Part shown: positions 24,717-34,104 of the stretch, piece after piece
Layout: the number at the start of each line of letters is the position of its first letter
Numbering within the stretch: position 1 is the first letter of the stretch
Assembly (NCBI GenBank): GCA_031396605.1
Contig: JANNLB010000155.1
Location: forward strand, 1-56,568
Reading direction: 5' to 3'
Source: Geobacter sp.
GTDB lineage: Bacteria; Desulfobacterota; Desulfuromonadia; Geobacterales; Pseudopelobacteraceae
Length of the DNA: 56,568 nt
Position numbers and translations under genes: made by a program
Notes under the pieces: model-generated
The model's database searches: none
What the model was told of the DNA's origin: nothing
What the model saw: only the letters and a program-made list of their open reading frames with translations

Positions 24717-26072
24717 ATGAAAAAGTTTTATTGGCTGTCCGGCATTGCGGCAACAGGTATTCTGTTGGCGGTAATAATAGTTAGTTGCGGTGGCGGTGGC
24801 GGTGATGGTACTAGCGGTACCACACCGGTTGTCGACTTGAACCGGGCAAACGCCTTGCAGACGTTCGACGCGGGGAAGCAGACCTTTCGTTTCGATACCT
24901 TTGGTGATGAGGCTTTCTGGGGGGATGCCCTCAAGCTCCACCAGGGGGTTGCCACTGTGGGCCCCGAGACCGCTCTGGCCGTCGGCCTGAAGGTCGACGT
25001 GGATGCCCTGCCCGGCGACCTGGTCACCAAACTCAAGAACGGTACCCTCGATCTCAAAGACCCGGCCAACACCCTGGCACTTCTGAAACTGAACTCAGTG
25101 CTGGGGATCACCGGCTTCTTCAACAGCGACGGCACCATGAAATCGATCGGCATCCAGTGCGCCTTGTGCCACTCCACGGTTGACGACTCGCTCGCCCCCG
25201 GCATCGGCCATCGGCTCGACGGCTGGGCCAACCAGGATCTGAATGTGGGCGCCATTGTCAATCTTGCCCCGGATGCCGGATTGATCAACGTGGCCAATTT
25301 GCTGGGTGTCCCCCTTGCCACTGTTCGCGCAGTACTGCAGGGCTGGGGACCAGGCAAGTTTGATGCCGGACTCTTTATCGACGGCAAAGCGGCCAATGGG
25401 AGCGGCATCCTCGGCTCGTCAGCCACACTTATTCCGGCCGCCTTCGGTCTGGCCGGTGTCAACCTGCACACATGGACAGGTTGGGGATCCGTCACCCACT
25501 GGAATGCCTTCGTTGCCGTTCTGGAAATGCATGGCAAGGGGACTTTCATTGATTCCAGGCTGAATAACCCAACCAAATTCCCCATTGCCGCCAATCCGGC
25601 CAACAAGTTTTATGATGTGCGACAGCCTACACCTGAAGCCGACCTGGTTACCTCCAAGTTGGCTGCCCTCCAGTTCTATCAGCTGGCCATTCAGGCTCCT
25701 GCCTCGCCTGCCACCGCATTTGATGCAGCGCGCGCGGCTACCGGCAAAGCTCTCTTTGCCGGTAAGGCGAGGTGCGCCCGCTGTCATGTGCCCCCCCTCT
25801 TCACCGAACCGGGTTGGAATATGCACACTGCCGCCGAGATCGGTATCGACGACTTTCAGGCTAAACGTTCACCCGACGAAGGTTATCGCACGTCACCTCT
25901 GAAAGGGGTCTGGATCCGCGAAAACCGACCAGCTGCCCAAAAGCGTGGTTTTTTCCATGACGGCCGCTTTCCTACCCTGCTTGACGTGGTCAACCACTAC
26001 AGCACCTTCTTTGCCCTCGGTCTGACCGACGTTGAAAAGGGAGACTTGGTCGAGTACTTGAAGTCTCTATAG
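24717..26072 (+). CDS. Di-haem c-type cytochrome lipoprotein (CCP/MauG-like)
   Basis: The lipobox is LAVIIVSCGG. There are two CxxCH motifs (CALCH, CARCH). Confidence 0.65.
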   Translation: MKKFYWLSGIAATGILLAVIIVSCGGGGGDGTSGTTPVVDLNRANALQTFDAGKQTFRFDTFGDEAFWGDALKLHQGVATVGPETALAVGLKVDVDALPGDLVTKLKNGTLDLKDPANTLALLKLNSVLGITGFFNSDGTMKSIGIQCALCHSTVDDSLAPGIGHRLDGWANQDLNVGAIVNLAPDAGLINVANLLGVPLATVRAVLQGWGPGKFDAGLFIDGKAANGSGILGSSATLIPAAFGLAGVNLHTWTGWGSVTHWNAFVAVLEMHGKGTFIDSRLNNPTKFPIAANPANKFYDVRQPTPEADLVTSKLAALQFYQLAIQAPASPATAFDAARAATGKALFAGKARCARCHVPPLFTEPGWNMHTAAEIGIDDFQAKRSPDEGYRTSPLKGVWIRENRPAAQKRGFFHDGRFPTLLDVVNHYSTFFALGLTDVEKGDLVEYLKSL

Positions 26073-26096
26073 AGTGCGGAATAACCGCCTATTGAG

Positions 26097-26123
26097 AAGG
26101 GGGCAGAGTTTATCTGTCCCCTT
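26097..26123. terminator. Strong hairpin between convergent genes
   Basis: AAGGGGGCAGA [GTTTA] TCTGTCCCCTT forms an 11-bp stem including one G-U pair. Confidence 0.55.
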
Positions 26124-26178
26124 CCTGTTTGCCCAGTTTGATGTCGTCGGTTTTAACTGCTTTTTTTACATCCTGCCT

Positions 26179-26409
26179 TTATTCCGGACTCTCCAGTTTC
26201 CAGCGCAGGTACATCTCCTCGACCTTGACCCTGGCCCATGGTGTCCGACGCAGAAATTTCAGGCTGGACGGAATACTCGGCTCATGGGTGAAACAGTTGA
26301 TTTGGATGTTTTTGCCCATCTCTTCCCAGCCGTACCGCTCCACCAGCCCGGAAAGGATCGTATTCAAGGTTACACCCTGCAGTGGATCATGTCTGTTGTG
26401 ATCTGGCAT
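26179..26409 (-). CDS. VF530/DUF2132 family small DNA/RNA-binding protein
   Basis: DPLQGVTLNTILSGLVERYGWEEMG...SLKFLRRTPWARVKVEEMY matches the family. ATG 26409 has a GAGG upstream; the ORF track extends to 26505. Confidence 0.7.
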   Translation of the reverse strand: MPDHNRHDPLQGVTLNTILSGLVERYGWEEMGKNIQINCFTHEPSIPSSLKFLRRTPWARVKVEEMYLRWKLESPE

Positions 26410-26479
26410 CTCGCCTCGTAACCACCCGGTAACCGGCTGTTTTTTTAGAGCATTATTCAATAATTTCGTCCGGAAATTG

Positions 26480-28435
26480 TTAAATTTCAGCCTGCTTTTC
26501 CACAACTCCCTTCATCACCTCTCGCAATCGGTTAAAACTGTACGGCTTGCTGAGATATCCCGCAACTTTTCCTTCTGCAATCTGTGAAGTAACATCCATA
26601 TCTCCAAAACCACTGGAAATAATGATCGGCAGATCCGGGTTGATTATTTTCAGTTCCCGGATCAATTCATACCCGTCCATGACCGGCATGCCTATGTCTG
26701 TCACTACCAGGGTGATACATTCGGCATTCTTACGATACAGCTCCACCGCTTCCTTGCCGTTTGTTGCTTCAAAAACAGAGAACCCCAGTTCATTCAACAG
26801 GGTTTTCGCAATCAGCATAAGCTGTGGCTCATCTTCTACAAGAAGAATCGTACCGTTCCCCTGCCACGGTGCCGGGGCGACCGGCGGAAGAGATTCGTCC
26901 CCGGCGGAGTCACTGCCCTGAACAGACAGATACACCTTGAAGGTTGAGCCCTGGCCGGGTTGGCTGGAAACCTGCATCGCTCCCTTATGCGCCGTGATGA
27001 TTCCGAGTACGGCTGACAGTCCCAGGCCGCGGCCGGTAAATTTGGTGGTGTAGAACGGTTCGAAAACCCGCTGCCTGGTCTCATCATCCATGCCGCAGCC
27101 GTTATCGGATACTTCCAGACAAACATACCGACCCGCCGTAATAATTTTACCGAGATGGTCCTTGTCCGGTTGTCCCGCATGGATCTCGGTCTTTGTCAAC
27201 GATACACGAATTTCCCCCGGCGCTTCGCCGATAGCTTCCGATGCATTGATAATCAGATTCATGACAATCTGTCTGATCTGGCTGGCATCGGCTCTGATTG
27301 ATGGAACTTCAGGTGATAGATCGTGCTTGATCACTACTTTTTGATTGAGGGTCGATCTCAGCATCTTGACCATATCATCCACCAGTGCTGTCATGTTGAC
27401 CTGAGTGATTGTTGACATGGCTTTTCCGGCGTAGGCCAGCATCTGGCGGCATAAATCAGCCGCGCGGTGGGCGGCTGATTCTATCTCGGTGATCAGTTCA
27501 TCAGCCAATTTCGGACGTTGCTTTGCCAGTGAACAATTGCACATGATGACTGCCAGAATGTTGTTGAAGTCATGAGCGATGCCGCCGGCAAGTACCCCCA
27601 GACTCTCAAGTTTTTGACCCTGCTGGAGTTGCTGTTCGACAGCCAGCTTTTCTACAGCAACTTTTTTGCGCTCGGTCACATCCCGCATGACATGGGCATA
27701 GGATGTTATGCGTCCCTTTTCGTCAGTTAGAGGTGAAATCGTGATATCAAAAACACCGTTAAGCCTGTTTACTTCTATTTCTTTTATATGCACGAAATCA
27801 TCCTGCTTCATATCGAATCGAGGGCAGCAGGCAGGCGCTTCGCGCAGACCGTGTACCGCCTCATAGCATTTCCGCCCTACAATCTCCTGCACTGTTAACC
27901 CGCAACGCTCAGCCATGCCTTTGTTGACACGTATTATGGTATGGTTGATATCGATGATGGAGAGCAGGTCGGGTACGGCATCAAAGGTTCGCTCCCAATC
28001 CCTTTTTGCACGAATAACCGCCTCATCAGCCTGTCTGCGTGCCTGAATCAGGAGCCAGGATTTCAAGGCAAACGACACGGTGCGCGGCATTATCCCGAAA
28101 GATTCCGGCGATTTTACTATGTAATCCTGAGCACCGGACTTCATGACCTCAACCGCAATCTGTTCACTCCCTTGCGATGTCATTATGATAACCGGCAACG
28201 ATTCTGCTGCCGTCGCCACTAATTCGCTGCCATCTCCGTCCGGCAATCGATAGTCAGTCAGAATAAGGCCGGGAGAGCGGCCTTCCATGGCCTTCTTCGC
28301 ATCGTAAACGGTGCTGACGAATTCAAGGCGAAACTCTTCCAGATCATCCTCAAACGAGCGTTTAATAAGTTCGGCGTGATTGTCGTCGTCTTCAACGACC
28401 AGTATGTGTGGTGCAAACGGGTTGTCTGTCAGCAT
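26480..28435 (-). CDS. Hybrid sensor histidine kinase (REC-PAS-HisKA-HATPase-REC)
   Basis: The N-terminal REC is ILVVEDDDNH...TDYRLPDGDG. The H-box is IAHDFNNIL, with DNGCGMD and GRGLGLS. The C-terminal REC is ILLVEDEP...TDIGMPVMDG. Confidence 0.85.
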   Translation of the reverse strand: MLTDNPFAPHILVVEDDDNHAELIKRSFEDDLEEFRLEFVSTVYDAKKAMEGRSPGLILTDYRLPDGDGSELVATAAESLPVIIMTSQGSEQIAVEVMKSGAQDYIVKSPESFGIMPRTVSFALKSWLLIQARRQADEAVIRAKRDWERTFDAVPDLLSIIDINHTIIRVNKGMAERCGLTVQEIVGRKCYEAVHGLREAPACCPRFDMKQDDFVHIKEIEVNRLNGVFDITISPLTDEKGRITSYAHVMRDVTERKKVAVEKLAVEQQLQQGQKLESLGVLAGGIAHDFNNILAVIMCNCSLAKQRPKLADELITEIESAAHRAADLCRQMLAYAGKAMSTITQVNMTALVDDMVKMLRSTLNQKVVIKHDLSPEVPSIRADASQIRQIVMNLIINASEAIGEAPGEIRVSLTKTEIHAGQPDKDHLGKIITAGRYVCLEVSDNGCGMDDETRQRVFEPFYTTKFTGRGLGLSAVLGIITAHKGAMQVSSQPGQGSTFKVYLSVQGSDSAGDESLPPVAPAPWQGNGTILLVEDEPQLMLIAKTLLNELGFSVFEATNGKEAVELYRKNAECITLVVTDIGMPVMDGYELIRELKIINPDLPIIISSGFGDMDVTSQIAEGKVAGYLSKPYSFNRLREVMKGVVEKQAEI

Positions 28436-28592
28436 GGAAGATTCCTTTTGTCCACGAAAGACACGAAAAAACTCGAAAGAGAAACAAAAAACGGGTTATG
28501 ACCTGAAATAACAGATTTATATTGATGATTCATCGTGTGTCAATTTGTTCGTGTATTTCGTCCTTTTCATGGATACTATTTTTTGGGCCTTC

Positions 28593-29033
28593 TCACCATG
28601 GGTGTTTGTTCCATGCCAGCCAGTAGAACCCCAGATCTTTCAGGAGTTTGCTGAAATCAGCAAAATTAACCGGCTTGGTCACGTAGCTGTTGGCATGGTA
28701 TTCGTGGGCCATTGCCATGTCTCGATCAGCATCTGAAGTTGTCAATACTACCACCGGTATCGCCCGTAATTTATCGTCATTTTTTACCTCTTTAAGTACT
28801 TCCAGGCCGTCTATCCTGGGCAGGCGCAGATCTAGCAGCATCAAGTGCGGCAGGGGAAATTGCTTTCGATCGGAATAATTACCTCGCCCGTACAGGTAAT
28901 CCAGAGCCGCTTCGCCATCCTCGACGTGGATAATGGTATTGGCCACCTGAAAATCTTCCAAATTACGTATTACCAATTCGGCGTGGTCGGGGTTGTCCTC
29001 CACCAGTAAAACAGTCAACGGTTCGCCTTTCAT
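28593..29033 (-). CDS. Single-domain response regulator
   Basis: REC landmarks are VLLVEDNPDHAEL, MLLDLRLPRIDG, VVVLTTS and a conserved KP. Confidence 0.85.
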   Translation of the reverse strand: MKGEPLTVLLVEDNPDHAELVIRNLEDFQVANTIIHVEDGEAALDYLYGRGNYSDRKQFPLPHLMLLDLRLPRIDGLEVLKEVKNDDKLRAIPVVVLTTSDADRDMAMAHEYHANSYVTKPVNFADFSKLLKDLGFYWLAWNKHPW

Positions 29034-29048
29034 TGTGTTGTCTCCCTT

Positions 29049-30953
29049 TTAACCATTCCACTTTTTCCCTACCGTAAAACAAAATCTGCTTCCCGTACCG
29101 AGTCCATTCGACTCAACCCAGACGTTACCGCCCTGTACTTCGATGATCCGCTTTACAAGTGCCAGGCCGATGCCGGTCCCTCTGCTTTTGGCGTCCAGCT
29201 TGTTAAACAGTCCGAAGATGACCTGGTTATATTTTTCATCAATGCCGATGCCGTTGTCCTGCAAAAAAAAGACGTGCGTATCAGCTTCTGCCCGCATACC
29301 AAACTGTATGCAAGGTTCTGCCTGATCACCCATGTAATTGATGGCATTCTCAGCCAGAATTTGGACAACCTCTTCCATCCGCCGCCGGTCGCAGAATATA
29401 TGCGGCAGGTCGGGTTGCACGAAAATCGTCACGTTGTGATTTTTCAATGGTCCGGCCAACTTTGCCAGTACCTCTTCGGCCAGCAGATTCATATCGACTG
29501 ATTCAGGTGGGTTGATGAGACGCCCGATGGTTGAGAGTTCAAGCAGATCACGCAACAGGTCGTTCATCTTGTCGGCCGCTTCGCATACCCGTTTCAGGTC
29601 ACCCGCCATCCGCTCGTATCGGCCCTCCTGAAGATCATTTAACAAAGCGCCGGCAAAGCCTTTGATGGTGATTAGCGGACTCTTCAGGTCGTGAGAAACG
29701 GTGTAGGTGAAGCGCTCCAGTTCGGCGTTTTTTTGCTGAAGGTCTTTTTCTATCTTTTTCCGTTCAGTAATAAATCTTGCCTGCTGAACATTCTGATAGG
29801 CTTTTTGAGACAATTCATTGGCCAACAAGTATAACGCCAGCGCCACTTTATCAAAGCGCTCTTTTGACATGGTCGGAACTTCTGACAACGCGCTTCTGAA
29901 CAGTTCTCGATCAACACCGATTTCATCCGCATATTCCACCATCTTTGTTTCGTCCTGTTCCTCGTTCCTGACCTGTCCAATCAGCCAGTTGGCAATATGC
30001 CTGCCTCCAACTGTGATACTTGCCCCGCCATCCCAAAGTCCGCCGCTCATGCATGGTTGGACTATCGGGCCTGACGGATTACATTTTCCCAGCGCAGTGT
30101 CCGACTTTATGCAGTTTGCCAGACCTTTTTCCGACGTCCGGATAATCTCACTACATAATCTGCAAAAGTTACTTGGCCTGGTAATTGGTATGCCGTCAGG
30201 GGTAGTGATTATAGACGCTACTCCTGTCGCTTCAGCAAAGGCATCCTGAATGTGTTGCAGCTCATCAATGTTGAACAAATCGGAAAACTGGATGCCGACA
30301 GCATCATTCAGTGGCTGGGTAAGAACTGCGAGCTGTTTCTGAAGTATAGCCTGTAACCGTTTGCGTTCAGACATTGCATCTTTAAGTACTACATTGTTGA
30401 AATTTGATCTGGAGATCATCTGTGCCAGTTTTGAATAATAGCTCATAGCGGTCTGAACAGTCTGCCTGCTGAAGCGGGATACCCTGTTAAGCGCGGCAAT
30501 GTAAGCTGTTTCGTCATAGCCGAAACGTCGTGCCTGTGCACGAAATAGTTCATAATCCGGTTCTTCATCGTCATACAGAAACTGACCAAGAAAAATGTTA
30601 CCGATATGTCTGTCCCCAAGCATGATCGGGGTTGCAATATCCCACAGGTTGTTTTTACAGCGGTAAATCTTGAAGGCACCAGGAACAACGCCTCTGGAGA
30701 GAAAAATATCGCTTTCGTGGCAGAATGCGCAGGACTCTGGCTGCGCCCGGTGGAACTTGACGCAGATATCCTGCCATCCGGTACTGACCAGCACCTCGCC
30801 TTTGAGATCAATGATCCCGATCCCGATCCCGGTAAGAGCATAATAATCGTCCATCATCTCCTGAAAAGCAGGAGCGTCTATGACGTCGGCCAGCACTATA
30901 TTTTCAGAATCCAGCGGGCCTGTTTCAGCTTCCTGAAGATGTTTTTGCGTCAC
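29049..30953 (-). CDS. Sensor histidine kinase with PocR-like Cys-rich sensory domains
   Basis: There are two PocR-like regions (CVKFHRAQPESCAFCHESD, FCRLCSEIIRTSEKGLANC). The H-box is FTYTVSHDLKSPL, with DNGIGID and GTGIGLALV. Confidence 0.75.
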   Translation of the reverse strand: MTQKHLQEAETGPLDSENIVLADVIDAPAFQEMMDDYYALTGIGIGIIDLKGEVLVSTGWQDICVKFHRAQPESCAFCHESDIFLSRGVVPGAFKIYRCKNNLWDIATPIMLGDRHIGNIFLGQFLYDDEEPDYELFRAQARRFGYDETAYIAALNRVSRFSRQTVQTAMSYYSKLAQMISRSNFNNVVLKDAMSERKRLQAILQKQLAVLTQPLNDAVGIQFSDLFNIDELQHIQDAFAEATGVASIITTPDGIPITRPSNFCRLCSEIIRTSEKGLANCIKSDTALGKCNPSGPIVQPCMSGGLWDGGASITVGGRHIANWLIGQVRNEEQDETKMVEYADEIGVDRELFRSALSEVPTMSKERFDKVALALYLLANELSQKAYQNVQQARFITERKKIEKDLQQKNAELERFTYTVSHDLKSPLITIKGFAGALLNDLQEGRYERMAGDLKRVCEAADKMNDLLRDLLELSTIGRLINPPESVDMNLLAEEVLAKLAGPLKNHNVTIFVQPDLPHIFCDRRRMEEVVQILAENAINYMGDQAEPCIQFGMRAEADTHVFFLQDNGIGIDEKYNQVIFGLFNKLDAKSRGTGIGLALVKRIIEVQGGNVWVESNGLGTGSRFCFTVGKKWNG

Positions 30954-31029
30954 TGTCGTATCCTTCTGTTTGGTTTATGCCGGATCCAGGCCACTCACAT
31001 ACACACTTTTCAGAATTAAAAATTCAAAA

Positions 31030-33330
31030 TTACCCCACTCCCGGCAGTGAAATACAGAACGTACTCCCCATCCCGGCACCTTCCGATTCCACCCAGACTC
31101 TTCCACCGTGGACCTCTACGATCCGCTTGACCAGTGCCAGGCCGATACCGGTCCCCTCGCTTTTAGCGTCCAGTTTGTTGAACAGGCTGAAGATGTTTTC
31201 GTGAAATTGCAGATCAATTCCCTTGCCGTTGTCTTTGACGAACAATACGCACTCTTTTCCGTCCTGTCGTGTGCCGATTTCTATGCGTGGCGCAGCCTGA
31301 TCGCCCATGTATTTGATGGCATTCTCGACCAGGTTCTGAATCACCTCGGCGATGCGCTTTTGGTCTCCATGTGTCTCGGGAAGATCCTGACAGATAATCA
31401 TTTCAATCTTTCGCCCAAGCAGGCCGGCGAGTTGCGTCATAACTTCCTTGACCAGCCGGTTCATATCAATCCGCGACGGAGCATTCATAATTCTGCCTAC
31501 TCGAGACAATTCCAGCAGATCGTTGAGCAGGTCGGACATCTTTGCTGCTGCATCCTCGATCCTCGTCAGATCAACCTGGGCGCGGGCAAGTTTACCTGTT
31601 TCCATATCCTGCCTGATCATGCCGGCATACGCCTGAATGGTGACAAGCGGACTTTTCAGATCGTGCGAAACGGTGTAGGTGAAACCCTCAAGTTCGGCAT
31701 TCTTGTCCTGAAGAACTTTTTCGAACTGTTTGCGATCAGAAATGTCCCGCAGAAATGCCAGACATTGCCCTTCGTCGGGCCGCTGCTGGACGCTGACTTC
31801 GACCTCAAAAAAAGTACCATCCTTGCGGCGGTGGCGGGTCTCATAACGTTTCTCACCCCGAGTCATGATTCCTTCCTTGCGGGCAGACGTGTCGTCAACA
31901 TCTACATCCGGAATACTCATAGATAACAGTTCTTGCATGTTATAACCGCTCATACGGCAATAACTATCATTCACTTCTATCAAGCGCCCCCGTGTGTCTG
32001 CAAGCCAGATTCCGTCCATTGCCGTCCGAAGGATAGTCCGGTGTCGCTCTTCGCTCTCTTTCAATGTATTTTCGGCCTGCTTGCGTTCGGTGATGTCCCG
32101 TGCGGTAGACAACGAGCCTGTTACCGAGCCATGCTCATCTTCAAGCGCCTTACACCACCACGCCAGAAGCCGAACCTCGCCATCTTTGCGTCGCTGCCAG
32201 CTCTCGATATAGAGTGTCTTTTCTGTACCTTCGAGTAAAGGCTGGACAATTTCGTATGTATGTTGTGTGGCCGCAAAATAGGAGCCGGCCTCTTTGCCGA
32301 TAACATCGTCACCGAAGAACGCAAATCCGGCACTGTTCGACCATGTATACACCCACTGAGAGTCTACCTCCATGATGATATCGGGGACGGCTGCCAGGAT
32401 TGCATTCTGGCGTGCCGACAAGAGTTGATACTGTTCTGCTGACTCCACAACTGAACGGGTTTTTCTGCGCACCTGCCTCTTGAGTACGACAATAAAAGCT
32501 ACTGCGACCAGCGTCATCATGGCAAGGATAGCGATAGAATAACCCAACCAGCTGGGAATGACCTGCACCGGGACGTTGTTGCTGTGCGACCATTTCTGAC
32601 GAGCCTTGTTATAGGGCGAATCCGCCTGATGCCTCCAGTTGGCCAGGTTGTTTTCCAGAAGCGTCAGCAGACTCTGATTTTTCCCTTTGGCAACAGTAAA
32701 GAAGATATCGAACGGATTGAACACGACGCCGGTAGAACGGAGACCGTACTCTTCCTGTTTGGCTACGCCAAAGGAGCTGTTTACGACTCCGGCACCAACC
32801 TTTTTTGATGCTACCGCTTTAAAAACATCATCGAAGCCGGGCAGCTCGATAATTACGCAGGTAATATCGAACTTTTTCATCAGATCGATGAAATGCCGGG
32901 CATTGAAATCACCCTTCATCACGGCAATTTTTTTACCCTGAACCTCGCGGATACCATCAATTTCGGATGCCAGCGGCGCATACAACTCACCCCACACCGT
33001 CAGAAGCGGTGTCGCAGTGTAATCCATATATTCAGCCCGTTCCGGTGTGAAGGCAACACTGGTGAGAACATCCACCTCGCCGGATTTTAAACGCTCCAGT
33101 CCTTCACTCCATGAGCCGTAGACGTAATCAAAGCGAATGTTTTCCCGTTGTGCAAGATCGGCAAGTGCATCTACGTAGAATCCCTTTACTACGCCATCTT
33201 TGTCCTGAAAAATAGCGGGGTAATAATTGAAAGCTCCGATCCGGACAACACGAGGCCCGGCGGCGTACAAAGAGATACAACTCAAGATGAGGAACAGTAT
33301 GCCGGTGGCCGATATGATATACTTTTTCAT
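31030..33330 (-). CDS. Sensor histidine kinase with a periplasmic solute-binding (SBP_bac_3-like) domain, TM, two PAS domains and a kinase core
   Basis: It has a signal peptide, an SBP-like N-terminal half, a TM segment (SIAILAMMTLVAVAFIVVL) and PAS repeats. The H-box FTYTVSHDLKSPL and DNGKGID are present. The kinase core is paralogous to 29049-29800. Confidence 0.85.
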   Translation of the reverse strand: MKKYIISATGILFLILSCISLYAAGPRVVRIGAFNYYPAIFQDKDGVVKGFYVDALADLAQRENIRFDYVYGSWSEGLERLKSGEVDVLTSVAFTPERAEYMDYTATPLLTVWGELYAPLASEIDGIREVQGKKIAVMKGDFNARHFIDLMKKFDITCVIIELPGFDDVFKAVASKKVGAGVVNSSFGVAKQEEYGLRSTGVVFNPFDIFFTVAKGKNQSLLTLLENNLANWRHQADSPYNKARQKWSHSNNVPVQVIPSWLGYSIAILAMMTLVAVAFIVVLKRQVRRKTRSVVESAEQYQLLSARQNAILAAVPDIIMEVDSQWVYTWSNSAGFAFFGDDVIGKEAGSYFAATQHTYEIVQPLLEGTEKTLYIESWQRRKDGEVRLLAWWCKALEDEHGSVTGSLSTARDITERKQAENTLKESEERHRTILRTAMDGIWLADTRGRLIEVNDSYCRMSGYNMQELLSMSIPDVDVDDTSARKEGIMTRGEKRYETRHRRKDGTFFEVEVSVQQRPDEGQCLAFLRDISDRKQFEKVLQDKNAELEGFTYTVSHDLKSPLVTIQAYAGMIRQDMETGKLARAQVDLTRIEDAAAKMSDLLNDLLELSRVGRIMNAPSRIDMNRLVKEVMTQLAGLLGRKIEMIICQDLPETHGDQKRIAEVIQNLVENAIKYMGDQAAPRIEIGTRQDGKECVLFVKDNGKGIDLQFHENIFSLFNKLDAKSEGTGIGLALVKRIVEVHGGRVWVESEGAGMGSTFCISLPGVG

Positions 33331-33884
33331 CTTATCCCCTGGACACTGTTACTTCAAACATGATCCCGCTCCATAAAGTTACACTATCTTCTGACGCTCA
33401 ATTTTTACGCGATAGAGGTTTCCCGGACGGTTTCGCGCTTGATCAGGGGTCTGGCTCAGCAACTAAAACCGGGAACTAATTTATACTAAATAGAACTATA
33501 TTGTAAAGGAATCGGTCCCCTTCACGCATCTGCGCAAAGAGAGACTTTCTCCCCTTAAGATGAAGGCATGAGTCTGGCGATTATAAATATGTTTGAAGCG
33601 CTTATCTGTCAGGAAAACTGGACATTTGGAAAATATTTAGCTGTATTCAGGTGGTCTTACCCCATTGATTGATCCAGGTGTCGGCCTGGATGTTGCGGGA
33701 AACTTCAATAACAAGGCCAGCAGCATCGCCAAACAACTGCGCCAGCTTGAGTGCACGCTCGGAATCGCCGCCATCGGGCTCTCCGATGATCAACTTTTTG
33801 CCGAATCCGTCGCGTACGAAACCGGGTTGAGCAACATTATCATAACTGAGGATGACGGTTAAAGTTGTTTCGTATAGTGATATT

Positions 33885-34009
33885 ATTCCAATTCCAAATC
33901 AAGGGTGAAATCAAGGCGGCGGGGATTGAGGCGACGAAGGCATACAACTCGTACGTTGAGGAGCCGAAGTCGAGCCAACGAAGATGGCGCCTTGATCTGG
34001 AATTGGAAT
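33885..34009. repeat. 20-nt inverted repeat (19/20) enclosing an 85-nt spacer upstream of glnD
   Basis: ATTCCAATTCCAAATCAAGG (33885-33904) pairs with CCTTGATCTGGAATTGGAAT (33990-34009). Confidence 0.7.
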
Positions 34010-34104
34010 TACAATACTGCTATTGCTTTTGACTCATTCGGGTGTATGTCGTATAATCCCCCGCCGGTCTGTTGCTACCAATCACCGCTTCACAAGGAAC
34101 ATGA

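Noticed and set aside
24353-24718. 121-aa minus-strand ORF in the AT-rich spacer
   Set aside because: It has odd composition, no RBS and no motif, and competing short protein-like frames lie on the other strand. It is probably non-coding debris.
33657-33896. Minus-strand stop-free frame (...TLTVILSYDNVAQPGFVRDGFGKKLIIGEPDGGDSERALKLAQLFGDAAGLVIEVSRNIQADTWINQWGKTT*), which looks more protein-like than the listed plus-strand ORF 33665-33862
   Set aside because: No ATG, GTG or TTG lies near its 5' end (only an internal TTG giving 48 aa), and I recognise no family. It is possibly a gene remnant. Neither it nor the plus-strand ORF is called as a feature.
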